Notes: a model not told the origin generated them from the letters alone. A stretch of DNA of 64,000 nt from an uncultured Desulfosarcina sp. (GCA_963674945.2 CAXXWQ010000004.1:1600001-1664000), one strand, 5' to 3'. Counted from the stretch's first letter, positions 1 through 10,518 are shown. A program made the numbers and translations.

Positions 1-314
1 TTGGATCGCCGTCTCGCACCGATGATGATTTCATCGATGTTATAATCAACAGCATATCTGATCAGGTCCTCGGCTGGTGTAAGACTCTGGCTGAGAACAA
101 TCACATCACAGTGAATGCCCTCGGCCTCCAACCTATGTTTGATTCCATCGAGATCTTTTTGCATTCGTTCGATCTTATCCGGTGCGACCTCGGGAGAGTG
201 CGGCGTGGAAACCAGAATATCGACGTTCGCGCCGAATGCGATGGCGTGCCGGATGGCTGCATCCACGAGTTCGGCACTGTGTTTGGAGACATCATATCCC
301 ACTAGAAGATTCAT
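1..314 (-). CDS. Universal stress protein (UspA family), 3' end runs off window
   Basis: Manual translation from ATG at 314, absent from the ORF track: MNLLVGYDVSKHSAELVDAAIRHA...AEDLIRYAVDYNIDEIIIGARRRS. Typical Usp N-terminal LVGYD and C-terminal D-x-II-x-G-xR motifs. Confidence 0.85.
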   Translation of the reverse strand, partial: MNLLVGYDVSKHSAELVDAAIRHAIAFGANVDILVSTPHSPEVAPDKIERMQKDLDGIKHRLEAEGIHCDVIVLSQSLTPAEDLIRYAVDYNIDEIIIGARRRS

Positions 315-650
315 CTCACGTCCCTTTTTTGTTGGCGCTCTGTCAAGCAAGGACTTGGATCACAAAAAAAGAACCAACAACTTGCTTGGCAACAGGTATC
401 CGGCATCTTGTTAAGAAAGAGTATATGCCAGCATTCCAATAGGTTGTCAAGGGTAAGATTGGCACAACATCTTGTACCCTTCGTGAAAAGACTTCATCCG
501 GTACGCGGATGGCGCAATCCATGGAATTTCAATTTTTGATTGTCAACGACAGATTGATGAAAAAAGAACGCTTCCCAGCCGATTTTGAACAAGGACCACC
601 ATCGAACTTCGATACGTTGGTTATAAAGATCTCATACATGTCCCCGTCAC

Positions 651-1112
651 TCATGCAAAGGCATGGGTCAGAATGTTGATTGCCTCCTTGTAAATGGCCG
701 GGTCGCTGCTCGCCCGTGGACCTGCCACGTTGAGTGTCTCTACGTTATTCAGGGATATCCAGGAAGCGATCACCGAACCGGCGTCGGCTGGACGCTGACC
801 GGGGGAGAGGTCGATGTGGAGCAGTTGTTTCCCGTGCTTCAGGACCATTTTCCGCGTATAATCAGTTCCGCCGGTAGGCGTGCCGCGAGAGATGATCAAG
901 GTGCCATCCGAGTCCGCAACATTCTTTTCAGTACGGGCGGCATAGTCTTCGGTGGGCATCTCCAAGAGCCGATATTGCGGTTGTAGCGGCCCATCCTCTG
1001 TTCGGCGCCCCTTTGGTATCCATCCGCCATGGTCGATTCCCATCCTTATGGCCACATCCAAGGCGGCGCGATCGACGCCGGTCTGTCCACCGGAAATAAT
1101 TTTTTTCAACAT
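651..1112 (-). CDS. Putative molybdenum carrier protein (MoCo_carrier family)
   Basis: KKIISGGQTGVDRAALD, GGWIPKGRRTEDG, RTEKNVADSDGTL and LNVAGPRAS motifs. Start moved to ATG 1112, which has an AAAGGA RBS. Confidence 0.85.
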   Translation of the reverse strand: MLKKIISGGQTGVDRAALDVAIRMGIDHGGWIPKGRRTEDGPLQPQYRLLEMPTEDYAARTEKNVADSDGTLIISRGTPTGGTDYTRKMVLKHGKQLLHIDLSPGQRPADAGSVIASWISLNNVETLNVAGPRASSDPAIYKEAINILTHAFA

Positions 1113-1202
1113 GATCCATTGATCCTTTCGTCGTATTTCCATGGGCAACGGCTGGCACCGGAAGCGCGTCAGCTACCCGTTACCGGTCATTTAATGGGAT
1201 TG

Positions 1203-1294
1203 AAAAAAAGGACGAAGGATGCGGGACCAGAGGCGACACACGCCTCGCCCTATCATTTTTTTCCATCGTCCTTTGTCACTCGTGTCTTTTTTTT
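1203..1294. repeat. Degenerate 7-bp-period inverted repeat flanked by A and T runs (possible terminator)
   Basis: gacgaag-gatgcgg-gaccaga on the left versus ccatcgt-cctttgt-cactcgt on the right; similar to the array at 57908-57978. Confidence 0.4.
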
Positions 1295-1655
1295 ACACGA
1301 CGCCAACCAACACCGCATTCAATTCTTCCATGGTAAAGGGTTTCTGTAAAATGCCATCGAAACCGGCACGGGACAATCGATCGGAACGAAACAGTTTCAA
1401 ATGGCCGGACATCGCATATACACGGGTTTTCGGTCGAATTTCCTTGATTATTTCACAAAGCTCCGTTCCATCGATGTCATTCATGATAAGATCCATGAGA
1501 ATCAGGGAAAAGCTCTTTTTTTCCACAATCTTCAATGCCTCGTAAGAACTATCGGTTGTCGTTGCCGAAAATCCGAAGCAAGCCACCATATCCTTGATCA
1601 TCTCCAATTGATCATTTTCGTTATCCACAATCAGTATGGAACGCAACTTTGTCAT
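1293..1655 (-). CDS. Single-domain response regulator (receiver)
   Basis: ILIVDNE, ILMDLIM (phospho-Asp), AMSG and QKPF motifs; start ATG 1655 after AAAGGG. Confidence 0.85.
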   Translation of the reverse strand: MTKLRSILIVDNENDQLEMIKDMVACFGFSATTTDSSYEALKIVEKKSFSLILMDLIMNDIDGTELCEIIKEIRPKTRVYAMSGHLKLFRSDRLSRAGFDGILQKPFTMEELNAVLVGVV

Positions 1656-1854
1656 ATTGCACCCTTTCGTTTCCACTCGCTCATTCATCAACAACCGCCA
1701 CTTGCGCTAAAAGTTGTGCTCTCTATGAAAAAAGGTATATCTTAAACATGACAGGGGGGCAAGTATCCATGAAACGGGAGACAGCACGGCCCCAGTTGGA
1801 TCTCATCGTTTTCGAATTATGGCACGTTTCCCTTACACTGCTGGCCTGAAGGAG

Positions 1855-3810
1855 TCAGAGTTGCCGGCCGACCTCCTCCGCCTCGCTCTTGGCGAGCATG
1901 AGATTGCGGGGAGAGTTTGCGTCGCCGATGACGATGACTTTCATTTTGTGGCGGCCCAGAACCTTCTTTTCATCGCGGACCGGCGTCATGGATTCGGCAA
2001 CCACCACCGTATCAAACCCGGTCAGGGTCAATGGTTTGCCTTCGCAGGAAAAGGTCACTTTTTCGCCGGAAAAGGCGACATTGGCCACTTTCTTGTAAAG
2101 GGTGACCGTATCACGTTTGAGTCGTTCCCGCAGGTAGAACCGGTCGTTGCTGGACATCTCCTCGGCGAAATGGCGTCGTCGATTGAGTACGGCAACCTTT
2201 TTTCCTTTTTGGGCCAGGTAATCCGCCGTCACCAGCCCCACAAGCCCGCCTCCTATGAGAATCACCCGATCGCCGGTTATCTTCCCATCGAGGACTTCCG
2301 AAACCGTGCAAAGATCCATACCGGTGGTGAACAATCCCTTGATGATGGGCATGTCCGGCATGCTTCCCGTAGCCAGTATCGCCACATCCGGTTTCACGGA
2401 GGCCAATAGATTTTCATCCAGCCTCGTGTTGAGGCAAATATCGACACCCAGCCGCTCCGCCTCATGGCAGAAATAATCGATGATATCTCTGATCTCCTTA
2501 CGTCCCGGAACGACGGCGGCCAGACGGAGCATCCCGCCAATCCGGCCCTTCTTTTCGACGATGGTCACCGAATGTCCCCGCAAGGCAGCCATGCGGGCGA
2601 CGGCCAGTCCCGCCGGCCCGGCCCCGACCACCAACACCCTTTGGGGAACCGACGCCTTTTCCTCTTCATTGCCTAAGAGATATTCACGACCCACATCGGG
2701 ATTGACCACACAGCCACCGGGTTCATGGGAAAGGACGGCATCGATGCATCCCAGACAACATCCGATACACGGACGGATGGTTTTCGCATTGCCGGATAAC
2801 GCCTTTTCCGGCAGCATGGGGTCGGCGATAAGGGCGCGCCCCATGGCAATCACATCCACCCGCCTTTCCTTCAACAACCGGTCGGCCATTTCCGGATGTT
2901 TTACCCTTCCCACCCCCACTACGGGGATGGAAACCACCTTTTTTACCGCTTCGGCAAGATGAATAAAGCATCCGTGGTCCACATACATGGAGGGGATGGT
3001 CAATTGCCTTGCGCCGTAAACACCGGCGGAAACGTGCAGGTAGTCGGTACCGTTTTCCTCCAGGATGGGCGAAAGGCGCAAAGCCTCTTTCAATTGCCAT
3101 CCATTTTCGATGTAATCGTCGCCGTTGATCCTCAGCCCCACGGTAAAATCCGAACCGACTTTATTTCGAATGTCGGCCAAGACTTCCAGAAAGAAACGGA
3201 TGCGGTTTTCGAAACTGCCGCCGTATCGGTCCGAACGGCGATTGGCATTGGGAGACAAAAACTGGTTGATCAGGTACCCATGGGCGCCGTGCACTTCGAT
3301 GAAATCACATCCGGCGTCTTTGCACCGCCTGGCCGCATCGCCGAAGGCGGCGACGATTTCGTCGATTTCCGGTATGGTCAACGCCCGGGGGGTTCCCTTT
3401 ACCACCGCCGGTGCGGCAATGGCAGAAGGTGCAACCGTATTCTTCAGATAGGACTGCCGCCCCCCGTGCATGAGTTGTACGCCGATGCGGGCATCATGGA
3501 CATGAACGGCAGCCACCAATTTCTTCAAGGCCGGAATGCATTGGTCATCCCACAATGCCGGCAGGTCGGGCGCCTCCACGCCCGAAGGGTGTACGCCGGC
3601 GCCGCCGACCAGGATCATCCCGGCACCGCCCCTGGCGCGTGCAGCCAGGTAGCCGATCAGCTGATCTGTGACGAAGCCGTTTTCGTCCACGCCAAAATTG
3701 ATGCTCATGGCCGGCATGAGCAGACGATTGTTGGATATCATCGTTCCGATTCGAATGGGGGAGAAAAGGTGTTTCAGTATGGTCATGTTCTTCTCTTTGG
3801 CATTTCCCAA
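1855..3810 (-). CDS. NADH:flavin oxidoreductase, OYE/2,4-dienoyl-CoA reductase (FadH)-like, with [4Fe-4S] and FAD domains
   Basis: HGAHGYLINQFLSP, DRYGGSFENR, CIGCCLGC-x11-C cluster motif, GAGPAG Rossmann motif. Confidence 0.9.
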   Translation of the reverse strand: MGNAKEKNMTILKHLFSPIRIGTMISNNRLLMPAMSINFGVDENGFVTDQLIGYLAARARGGAGMILVGGAGVHPSGVEAPDLPALWDDQCIPALKKLVAAVHVHDARIGVQLMHGGRQSYLKNTVAPSAIAAPAVVKGTPRALTIPEIDEIVAAFGDAARRCKDAGCDFIEVHGAHGYLINQFLSPNANRRSDRYGGSFENRIRFFLEVLADIRNKVGSDFTVGLRINGDDYIENGWQLKEALRLSPILEENGTDYLHVSAGVYGARQLTIPSMYVDHGCFIHLAEAVKKVVSIPVVGVGRVKHPEMADRLLKERRVDVIAMGRALIADPMLPEKALSGNAKTIRPCIGCCLGCIDAVLSHEPGGCVVNPDVGREYLLGNEEEKASVPQRVLVVGAGPAGLAVARMAALRGHSVTIVEKKGRIGGMLRLAAVVPGRKEIRDIIDYFCHEAERLGVDICLNTRLDENLLASVKPDVAILATGSMPDMPIIKGLFTTGMDLCTVSEVLDGKITGDRVILIGGGLVGLVTADYLAQKGKKVAVLNRRRHFAEEMSSNDRFYLRERLKRDTVTLYKKVANVAFSGEKVTFSCEGKPLTLTGFDTVVVAESMTPVRDEKKVLGRHKMKVIVIGDANSPRNLMLAKSEAEEVGRQL

Positions 3811-3871
3811 GGTAAGCAGTTTCCTTTTCGCAGTTAGCTGACAGCTAAGGGCGAATCGCTCATTCTATGTA

Positions 3872-6800
3872 TTACTTGTCCTGATTGCTGGTTCCATATA
3901 GCCGGTATGGCCCGATGCTTTTTAACAGCGCCAGACTGAGCATATCCGGATCCACGTCCCCCTGTTGGGAGAAAAGAGGACGAATGATTCCCTTTCCCTT
4001 TTTCGAGGCCCGGAGAATGGCCGGAGAGAGCACCTCGCCCATGGAACTGACCATGCACCCTTCGGGGGCGATATTCAAGAACAGATCATACCCTTTATCG
4101 AGTTTGGTTGCGGCTTCTCCAATGTATGGCACCAATTCGCCACCGGGACGCTGGGTGGGAATGATGGGGACGGCTGCGTCCAACACCCGGATCACGGGTT
4201 CGGGCATGGCAAGCCTCGCCGCGTGATACAATGGGTAGGCCAGGATATAACGCTGGAATGCATTTACCGCCAAAAACCTCATTAACTGGCGCTTTTTCTT
4301 GTTCACGAATGTTTGCCGGTCCTCACGGTAGGCCTCGGAGTGGGCACGTCGGACCTGGATCCGACCCTCGCGGATATGCTCCTTTGCCCGCATGATGGAA
4401 CCGGCCAGCTTGTACTCCAAAAAGCCCCATAGCGGGGAATGGGTGAGGTGAAACTGCCGGAATCCGAGGGTACCGATCAGCAACTTCAACACCTTCTCCA
4501 ATTGGGCGACACGCATGTAAACCTCGCCGTCGATATGGATGCACATGCACCCTTTTTCCGGAGGGCGCCGGTTCCAGACGTTGGCGAACCGTCGAATCGG
4601 ACGCGTAAGGTCACGCCCGTACAGGCGATACGCAAAAAACTTCAATCCCCAGCCCAGAGGAGATCCGGAATTGTACCGTTGCAGCAACGATAAAATGCGC
4701 TTCGAGGGCCGGGGGCGATGTTCCTGAATGCCGTGAATCCTTTCCACCAAACGATCGAATGCACCGGTAAACCGCTGGTATTCATCGAAATCGCTGCACT
4801 GGGAAGCACCGGAGATCAGAAGTTGGTGCATCACCCCCTGGAGAATAATCCCCTGGATGCCCCGCAAATAGGCCCACTCCGGGATGTCGATGGCAAACCC
4901 CTTGTTTTCGTGCCCCACCAGAAAGTTCATGACCAACCCATCGGCCTGGCCACAGGCGGCATCATGGGTTGAAAACAGCGCATCCCGATGAAGATGAAGC
5001 TTGTGTGTCTCCACGTATTGCCCCTGCCGACAGGGTCCCATCCCCTTGTTGTTGAAGATGAGCAGTCTTTTGCAGTCTCGGACCAGGGGATCACCCTCTT
5101 TTTTCCTCTTTTGGAAGTCTTTGATGGCATTGAGAATATCGCCGTACACCGCCGCCAGGGGAGCACAGACACCATCGCCGACCACACTCCTTCCCAATTT
5201 CACCGCCTCGGAAAGGTCATGATTCTTGTTATAGTTATCGATGCAGGTATATCCGGCACCGCGAATGACCGAAGTCACGTACCGGTTGTCGGAAAGTGTC
5301 GGCATGTAGATGGCATCGGTTGTTGGATGAATCGGCTCTCGATTGGAAAAAATGTCGAGAATTTTCATGTTAAAACCACCCGAAGACGGACCCTCTTCTC
5401 CTTTGTGCAGTCCCTGTTCGAGCTGTTTGATATAGGTGTTCATGCGGTTTTCCAGATGGGCCAGTTCCTGAATGACGGCGTCTGACTGGATTCGCAAGAA
5501 GGGCCGGTTTTTCACCAGTTCATCCACCAACGGGTTGGTGACACTGTCCGGTCCGCACAAAAAGGTGGAAACCTGTACCATGGCAAGATCCTGACCGTTT
5601 GCCGTCTCGACTCGATGAAACAACCGCTGAAAGCCGGGATGCAGGACAATTTGGTGGAGTCTTTTCCTGGCAACGGCGTCCGTCAAGGTGGCGATGACAT
5701 GAGAATTGCGCCAATACAGATGATCGAAATCGGGATTGAGCGTAATGTCGAGAATATAGCTGGGGATTCCCGTAAGATGCTTGTCCCGGAGCAATCTCCC
5801 CACGTGGCTGTCATAGATGCCGGGATGAAGGACGTACTCCCGACCGATAACCAGGGCAAGGGATCGGCCTTCGGCCATGGCTTCTTCGGCGATTTGGGCA
5901 GCTTGATCGGCGACATGTCGTTTCATTTTCGCATTTTCCCGCCATGCGTGGTTGACCAATTTGCGAAAAGATCCGAAGGATAGATCCACACCATAGTGGG
6001 CATACACAGGAGTGAGGCGATGATACACCTGCTGGGCGATCTCATCCACCGGCATATTGGCCAGACTCAGGTGAAACAGGTGGATACGGCTCTCGGGATA
6101 TTTCGTGTTGGCCAGACCTCTTGCCACGGCCATGCCGCCCTGGTTGATAGTACAACTTCGTCCAAGCGAATCGCCCCGACCGGGAAGAAATTCGATCTGC
6201 GGCGCCAGGATCATGCCATGGGATGATCCGGCAAGACGGATCATCTGACCGACAGCGCCCATATGCGGTGCACATGTATCGACTTGCATGCACGACTGGG
6301 CACTGCTGATGTCCACCGAGATCACATTGTCCACGTGCACCGGAATGCCGAACGGTACAAATAAACGGCTGAAGAAAAACGCCCAATCGGAAACACAGAA
6401 GCTGCGGGGAATGACCAACCGGTCGGGGTCTTCGCTCCGGGGCATTTTCCCGTCGGCGATCTGCCAGATCCGTCTATATGCATCCTGGTTGCCCGCGTCC
6501 CGTTTTCGCTGTTTTTTGCCGTGGCGTTCATTGACGGCACTACACCCGCCCAGTGTGACGCTGACGGCCTTGTTCTGTCCCTTCTCACTGGTCAGAAAGG
6601 ATCGGTTGCAGCGCGCATTGGGGTCCCCGCAGGCGATCCCGCGACACTGAATGATCCTTTTTCGAAATCGGTGTTCGATCAGCTCCTCGAGCGGGATGGT
6701 CGCCTCCATCGCACAACCGGTATCCATGCTGTTGATCAGACCGATGCAGGCCCGATGGCCGGGATCAGGGGGAACAAGGCCGTAGACCGGACCGCCCACG

Positions 6801-8635
6801 TGACGCGAGAGCCGATGGGTAGTGGCCAGGGTCAACGGGATGCCGCGCATGGTCTGACCGTGCAACAAGGCCACGGCATTTGCCGGCAGGTCCAGCTGGT
6901 TCCACAGGCTGTGGGCCATGTTCTCCACCACGGCCCAAATGGCCGAGGCCAAAATCCGATCCCGGGAAACGCCCTCCGCCTGCAGCCGGATGGCATTTTC
7001 CATTAAAAAAACGGCACAGGTGGCGTTGATGGACAATGCATCCGTCGCATCATAGGCCATTTCGGAGACGGTCGGCATGTCCGGGATATCAAACAGCGAT
7101 GCCAGTACATCCAGTAGACTCCCGGTGCCGGCGGAACATTTGATGTTCATGGCGTTGTCCAGCAGTTCGCCCCGTTCAAGATCGATGGTGGAAATCTTTG
7201 TATCCTCGCCCCCCACGTCCACCAGGATGCACCGCTTCTCGTTGACGGACGCCACGCCCTGGTCCTTGAGACGACGAATGTGCCTTCGCACATAATCGAT
7301 GGCGCCCCGGGCATGGGCATAGTTTTCCACGAGAACCGTCACCGCGCCTTCCAACTGCGGGTAAATGTGGACAAGCACCTTCTGGACCTGATACCGCGCG
7401 CTTCCCGTGATGCCGACCTTCTTTACCCGAAGGCGATCGATGCCCCGATTTCGGATCTCACGGAATATGGTCTTGATGGTTTCGATGGTATCGCCGGCGT
7501 TGCTCACGGCATATTTGAACAGTATGGGCTTCCCCGCTCCGACGGCAAGGACCACCTTGGCCATGGTGGAACCTACGTCCAGGCCCATGAAGACCGGATT
7601 GTCTCTTACAATCGCCATCCCCTCTCGAAACTCCGGTTCATCCTCGTGTCGATGGTAGAGACGGTCGCGTAACAGTCTTTTCTCCAGGGGCCGAAAAGAG
7701 GGAAGCGGTTCGGGGGACTTCGGGGTGTAGACACGGGAATCCACATGGATAAACCGTCCCCGTCCTATTTTTTTTTCCAGCTGCACCAGTCCCTGGATGG
7801 GCAGGCTGCCGTCGCTGTCGTGAATCACGTTGCGGACACCCAGATCGGACAACACATCCTGTGCGCAGTCCCGTGCAAATTGCCAGTTGAATACGCCACC
7901 CGTCAGCCATACGGTTTCAAAAGGCGTGGTGAATTTATTGCACGCCTTGACCACTTCGGATTTCAAGGTGACGGCCAGGGCAAAATCGATGGGGATTCCC
8001 TGGTTCTTGTCGGATATGGTGGCCGAAGAGGCGAAGACACCGCAGCGATCCGCCCGCACCTGGATCTCCCGGCGTCGGGCTTGCCCTTCCGAACCTAAAA
8101 ATCGTCCCAAAAGGGTGTCCACTTGGGACCGGGACAGGGCCAGTTTTTGTAACACCCGGTCGATATTGATCCCGCAGCCGGCCCCGCAACGGGCATTGGC
8201 CGCCAGCAGATCATCATGCAATCTTCCCGTATGGTTCACGCCCACGACCGTGTACCCCGAGGCGGATATTTCCAGAACGGCTACCGATCCATTGTCCACG
8301 AGTCGATCCGCCGCCACCCACAGTGCCGCCGCAGGAAGAATTTTCTCACCATGGCCCAGGCAACGTCGCACGGCGTCGGCAAGCTTTCCGGTCAGGTAGA
8401 CAGGCGTCGATAAATGCAAGTCCTTCATTCCCATCCGCACCAGTGCCTGTCCGACATCCTGGTTGCTGGGAAGAGTGCACGTTTGAAGGCCTCGCTCGTC
8501 GCTATTTTTGACGACGATGCGAAGGGAACGGATGCCCGCATCGATAAAAAGCGCATCGAAGCGATCTATATCAATAGAAACAGGATCGATGGATTCAAGT
8601 GATGCCGCATTTTCAAAACCAGTAGCGTCAATCAT
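3872..8635 (-). CDS. Multidomain acyl-CoA dehydratase activase-related protein (2x BadF/BadG/BcrA/BcrD ATPase + DUF2229/HgdAB-like domains)
   Basis: GLDVGSTMAK, DVGGEDTK, NIKCSAGTGS and TCAVF in domain 2; NARCGAGCG and RCGVF in domain 1; IPRS, FLCGPDS, GPCRQGQY and PEGCM in the C-terminal half. Confidence 0.85.
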   Translation of the reverse strand: MIDATGFENAASLESIDPVSIDIDRFDALFIDAGIRSLRIVVKNSDERGLQTCTLPSNQDVGQALVRMGMKDLHLSTPVYLTGKLADAVRRCLGHGEKILPAAALWVAADRLVDNGSVAVLEISASGYTVVGVNHTGRLHDDLLAANARCGAGCGINIDRVLQKLALSRSQVDTLLGRFLGSEGQARRREIQVRADRCGVFASSATISDKNQGIPIDFALAVTLKSEVVKACNKFTTPFETVWLTGGVFNWQFARDCAQDVLSDLGVRNVIHDSDGSLPIQGLVQLEKKIGRGRFIHVDSRVYTPKSPEPLPSFRPLEKRLLRDRLYHRHEDEPEFREGMAIVRDNPVFMGLDVGSTMAKVVLAVGAGKPILFKYAVSNAGDTIETIKTIFREIRNRGIDRLRVKKVGITGSARYQVQKVLVHIYPQLEGAVTVLVENYAHARGAIDYVRRHIRRLKDQGVASVNEKRCILVDVGGEDTKISTIDLERGELLDNAMNIKCSAGTGSLLDVLASLFDIPDMPTVSEMAYDATDALSINATCAVFLMENAIRLQAEGVSRDRILASAIWAVVENMAHSLWNQLDLPANAVALLHGQTMRGIPLTLATTHRLSRHVGGPVYGLVPPDPGHRACIGLINSMDTGCAMEATIPLEELIEHRFRKRIIQCRGIACGDPNARCNRSFLTSEKGQNKAVSVTLGGCSAVNERHGKKQRKRDAGNQDAYRRIWQIADGKMPRSEDPDRLVIPRSFCVSDWAFFFSRLFVPFGIPVHVDNVISVDISSAQSCMQVDTCAPHMGAVGQMIRLAGSSHGMILAPQIEFLPGRGDSLGRSCTINQGGMAVARGLANTKYPESRIHLFHLSLANMPVDEIAQQVYHRLTPVYAHYGVDLSFGSFRKLVNHAWRENAKMKRHVADQAAQIAEEAMAEGRSLALVIGREYVLHPGIYDSHVGRLLRDKHLTGIPSYILDITLNPDFDHLYWRNSHVIATLTDAVARKRLHQIVLHPGFQRLFHRVETANGQDLAMVQVSTFLCGPDSVTNPLVDELVKNRPFLRIQSDAVIQELAHLENRMNTYIKQLEQGLHKGEEGPSSGGFNMKILDIFSNREPIHPTTDAIYMPTLSDNRYVTSVIRGAGYTCIDNYNKNHDLSEAVKLGRSVVGDGVCAPLAAVYGDILNAIKDFQKRKKEGDPLVRDCKRLLIFNNKGMGPCRQGQYVETHKLHLHRDALFSTHDAACGQADGLVMNFLVGHENKGFAIDIPEWAYLRGIQGIILQGVMHQLLISGASQCSDFDEYQRFTGAFDRLVERIHGIQEHRPRPSKRILSLLQRYNSGSPLGWGLKFFAYRLYGRDLTRPIRRFANVWNRRPPEKGCMCIHIDGEVYMRVAQLEKVLKLLIGTLGFRQFHLTHSPLWGFLEYKLAGSIMRAKEHIREGRIQVRRAHSEAYREDRQTFVNKKKRQLMRFLAVNAFQRYILAYPLYHAARLAMPEPVIRVLDAAVPIIPTQRPGGELVPYIGEAATKLDKGYDLFLNIAPEGCMVSSMGEVLSPAILRASKKGKGIIRPLFSQQGDVDPDMLSLALLKSIGPYRLYGTSNQDK

Positions 8636-8756
8636 GGCAGTGTTACACCGAAGTGATAATGGAACCAGGAAATCTGTTTGTCATTCAAGCCGGATAACTC
8701 GATCCCGAAATTCGGAAGTGCCGAATCCGCATTGGCGGATACTTCGGAGAAAGTTA

Positions 8757-9776
8757 TCAATCGTATTCCGAGGCCACATAAGTGTAGGGAATTTGAACAT
8801 ATTCAAAAAAACGGGCTGCATATCCACCGATCTTGGTTTTGCCGACCCTTGTATTGGAAAAGAGAAGTTCGGAAAGATTGATGCCAATGGCCACATAGGG
8901 CTCCCTGCGCAATGGTTCCCCACGTCCTTCCTCTTTTTCGGTAAATCCCCTGGCAAAATACCCCCCCTGCAATTCGAAAAACCGCAGCGGCGTATTCTGA
9001 CAGAGATCGAATCCGGACAATTTGAAGGCCAGAACGTATTTCTGACCGGAGTAATCGGTAAAAGGGTGAAAACCATCCTTGTCCCCGGAAGGGATGTACT
9101 CGAGCCGATAATCGATCTTCTCTCGAAATCCGGGAATAATGTTTCTTACTATGGAAAAGATTGAACCGAAACTGTTGAAAATCAAGTCTTCGTAGGCAAA
9201 TCCATGGTCCGACGAAAACCCGTCTAAAATCTCCACCCCCAACATGATCCCCCACGCCGTCATGGCGGCGTTGTACGGTGCGCTTGGCGAGGCGCCGCTT
9301 TTCTTCATGAAATGGTTGAAATAATCCGAAATCAGATAGGTGGAGTAGGCATGACCCAATTTGTCCATTCCCAAACTGCCGGTGTCGTATCCAAAAAAAC
9401 CTTCGCTGTTGAAGCGAAAACCGCTGTCCCCCCAATCCCAGCTGGCAACGCCGACGATGCAGATACCGGTCGCCAGCACGGCGGTTGGCCAGGGAACGGT
9501 GGCCAGATCCGGGATGAATGTTCCAGGTTCGTATGAAGGGATCGACAAGGCCGCCCCCTTCGTGGGCACGGAACCTTCCGAAGTGCCATCGGCGGAGGCC
9601 CCAAAGCCATCAGGAGAAACGGCAAATACGTCACCGAATCCGGTGATCGGCTCGAAAGCGATCCGAAGAGGCGACTCCCATCGGCTTGGGGAAAAGGATT
9701 GGGCCGCCTCGATATCGGTCGTATGGAAAAGAGCGACGATCAATGCGATAAAAAGAAACGAAAAATTTTTCGCCAT
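8757..9776 (-). CDS. DUF2279/YfiM-like exported or outer-membrane protein
   Basis: Signal peptide MAKNFSFLFIALIVALF; GMDKLGHAYSTY, EILDGFS, GFAYEDLIFN, TDYSGQKY motifs. Start uncertain (ORF track begins at 9902). Confidence 0.75.
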   Translation of the reverse strand: MAKNFSFLFIALIVALFHTTDIEAAQSFSPSRWESPLRIAFEPITGFGDVFAVSPDGFGASADGTSEGSVPTKGAALSIPSYEPGTFIPDLATVPWPTAVLATGICIVGVASWDWGDSGFRFNSEGFFGYDTGSLGMDKLGHAYSTYLISDYFNHFMKKSGASPSAPYNAAMTAWGIMLGVEILDGFSSDHGFAYEDLIFNSFGSIFSIVRNIIPGFREKIDYRLEYIPSGDKDGFHPFTDYSGQKYVLAFKLSGFDLCQNTPLRFFELQGGYFARGFTEKEEGRGEPLRREPYVAIGINLSELLFSNTRVGKTKIGGYAARFFEYVQIPYTYVASEYD

Positions 9777-9873
9777 CACAACATTTCTGTATAAGCGGTG
9801 TGGAACATGAACGCCATTGGCCATGGGGGTGAACACATGGGGCCGTGCAATGTCCTTTGTAGACAGACCTGGC

Positions 9874-10518
9874 TTAAAAATCAAGGCGGATACCTGCCGC
9901 AAGGAAATTGGACCCGGTCTTCTGGGGACTGATCAGGCCGTATATACCGCTTCTGTGGTGTACACGGGCGATGAGGTGGAGGCGATCGTAGGGCGGATAG
10001 AAAAGATCCCATTCGATCACGATATGACTTTGGAAATGCTCGGAATCCTCACCGGGGATACCGTCCGGACCTTTCTCCAGCGCTGGTTCTTCGAGAGCAT
10101 AAGAGAATCCAAAGCCGCCGGCAAACGTCCAGCCCAGGAAATCAAGGGGTGTGAATTGCCGGGTGCGAATGACAAACGCCGAGGCCACCTCCCAGTGGGA
10201 TTGGATGTTGTAGTGTTTTAGAACTGAGCCCTCCAGTTCCAAATCCCACCCCTTGAACCGTATTTGGGTAAACGGAACCGGAATGGTAAACCCATCCACC
10301 AGGGTCCGACCATAGGTGAGGCCAACGTAATAACTCTCCTTGAAATCGAGACTTCCGGTGAGCAGTTTTCCCGGAAGATCGGGAAGATCGGTCTCTGCCC
10401 ACACGCCGTGGGTAATTGTCAGGTGGTTCAGGTGATCACCTGAAAAAGCCGGGCTCAATCCTCCCCAGACTGCAACATGAACGACAACGACGATGAATAG
10501 CAAGATGAATTGTCGCAT
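9874..10518 (-). CDS. Outer-membrane beta-barrel protein, PagL/acyloxyacyl-hydrolase-like
   Basis: Signal peptide from ATG 10518; alternating aromatic strands; RVHHRSG motif; GSNFLAAGIRLDF ending in a C-terminal Phe. Confidence 0.65.
   Translation of the reverse strand: MRQFILLFIVVVVHVAVWGGLSPAFSGDHLNHLTITHGVWAETDLPDLPGKLLTGSLDFKESYYVGLTYGRTLVDGFTIPVPFTQIRFKGWDLELEGSVLKHYNIQSHWEVASAFVIRTRQFTPLDFLGWTFAGGFGFSYALEEPALEKGPDGIPGEDSEHFQSHIVIEWDLFYPPYDRLHLIARVHHRSGIYGLISPQKTGSNFLAAGIRLDF

Noticed and set aside
461..477. NrdR-box-like sequence CACAACATCTTGT (similar weak matches at ~40750-40795)
   Set aside because: Single or imperfect boxes, and no ribonucleotide reductase gene nearby.
8700..8750. 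Small hairpins (TTCGG..CCGAA; ATCCGC..GCGGAT) upstream of the activase gene
   Set aside because: Short stems, no U-tract and no recognisable riboswitch consensus.
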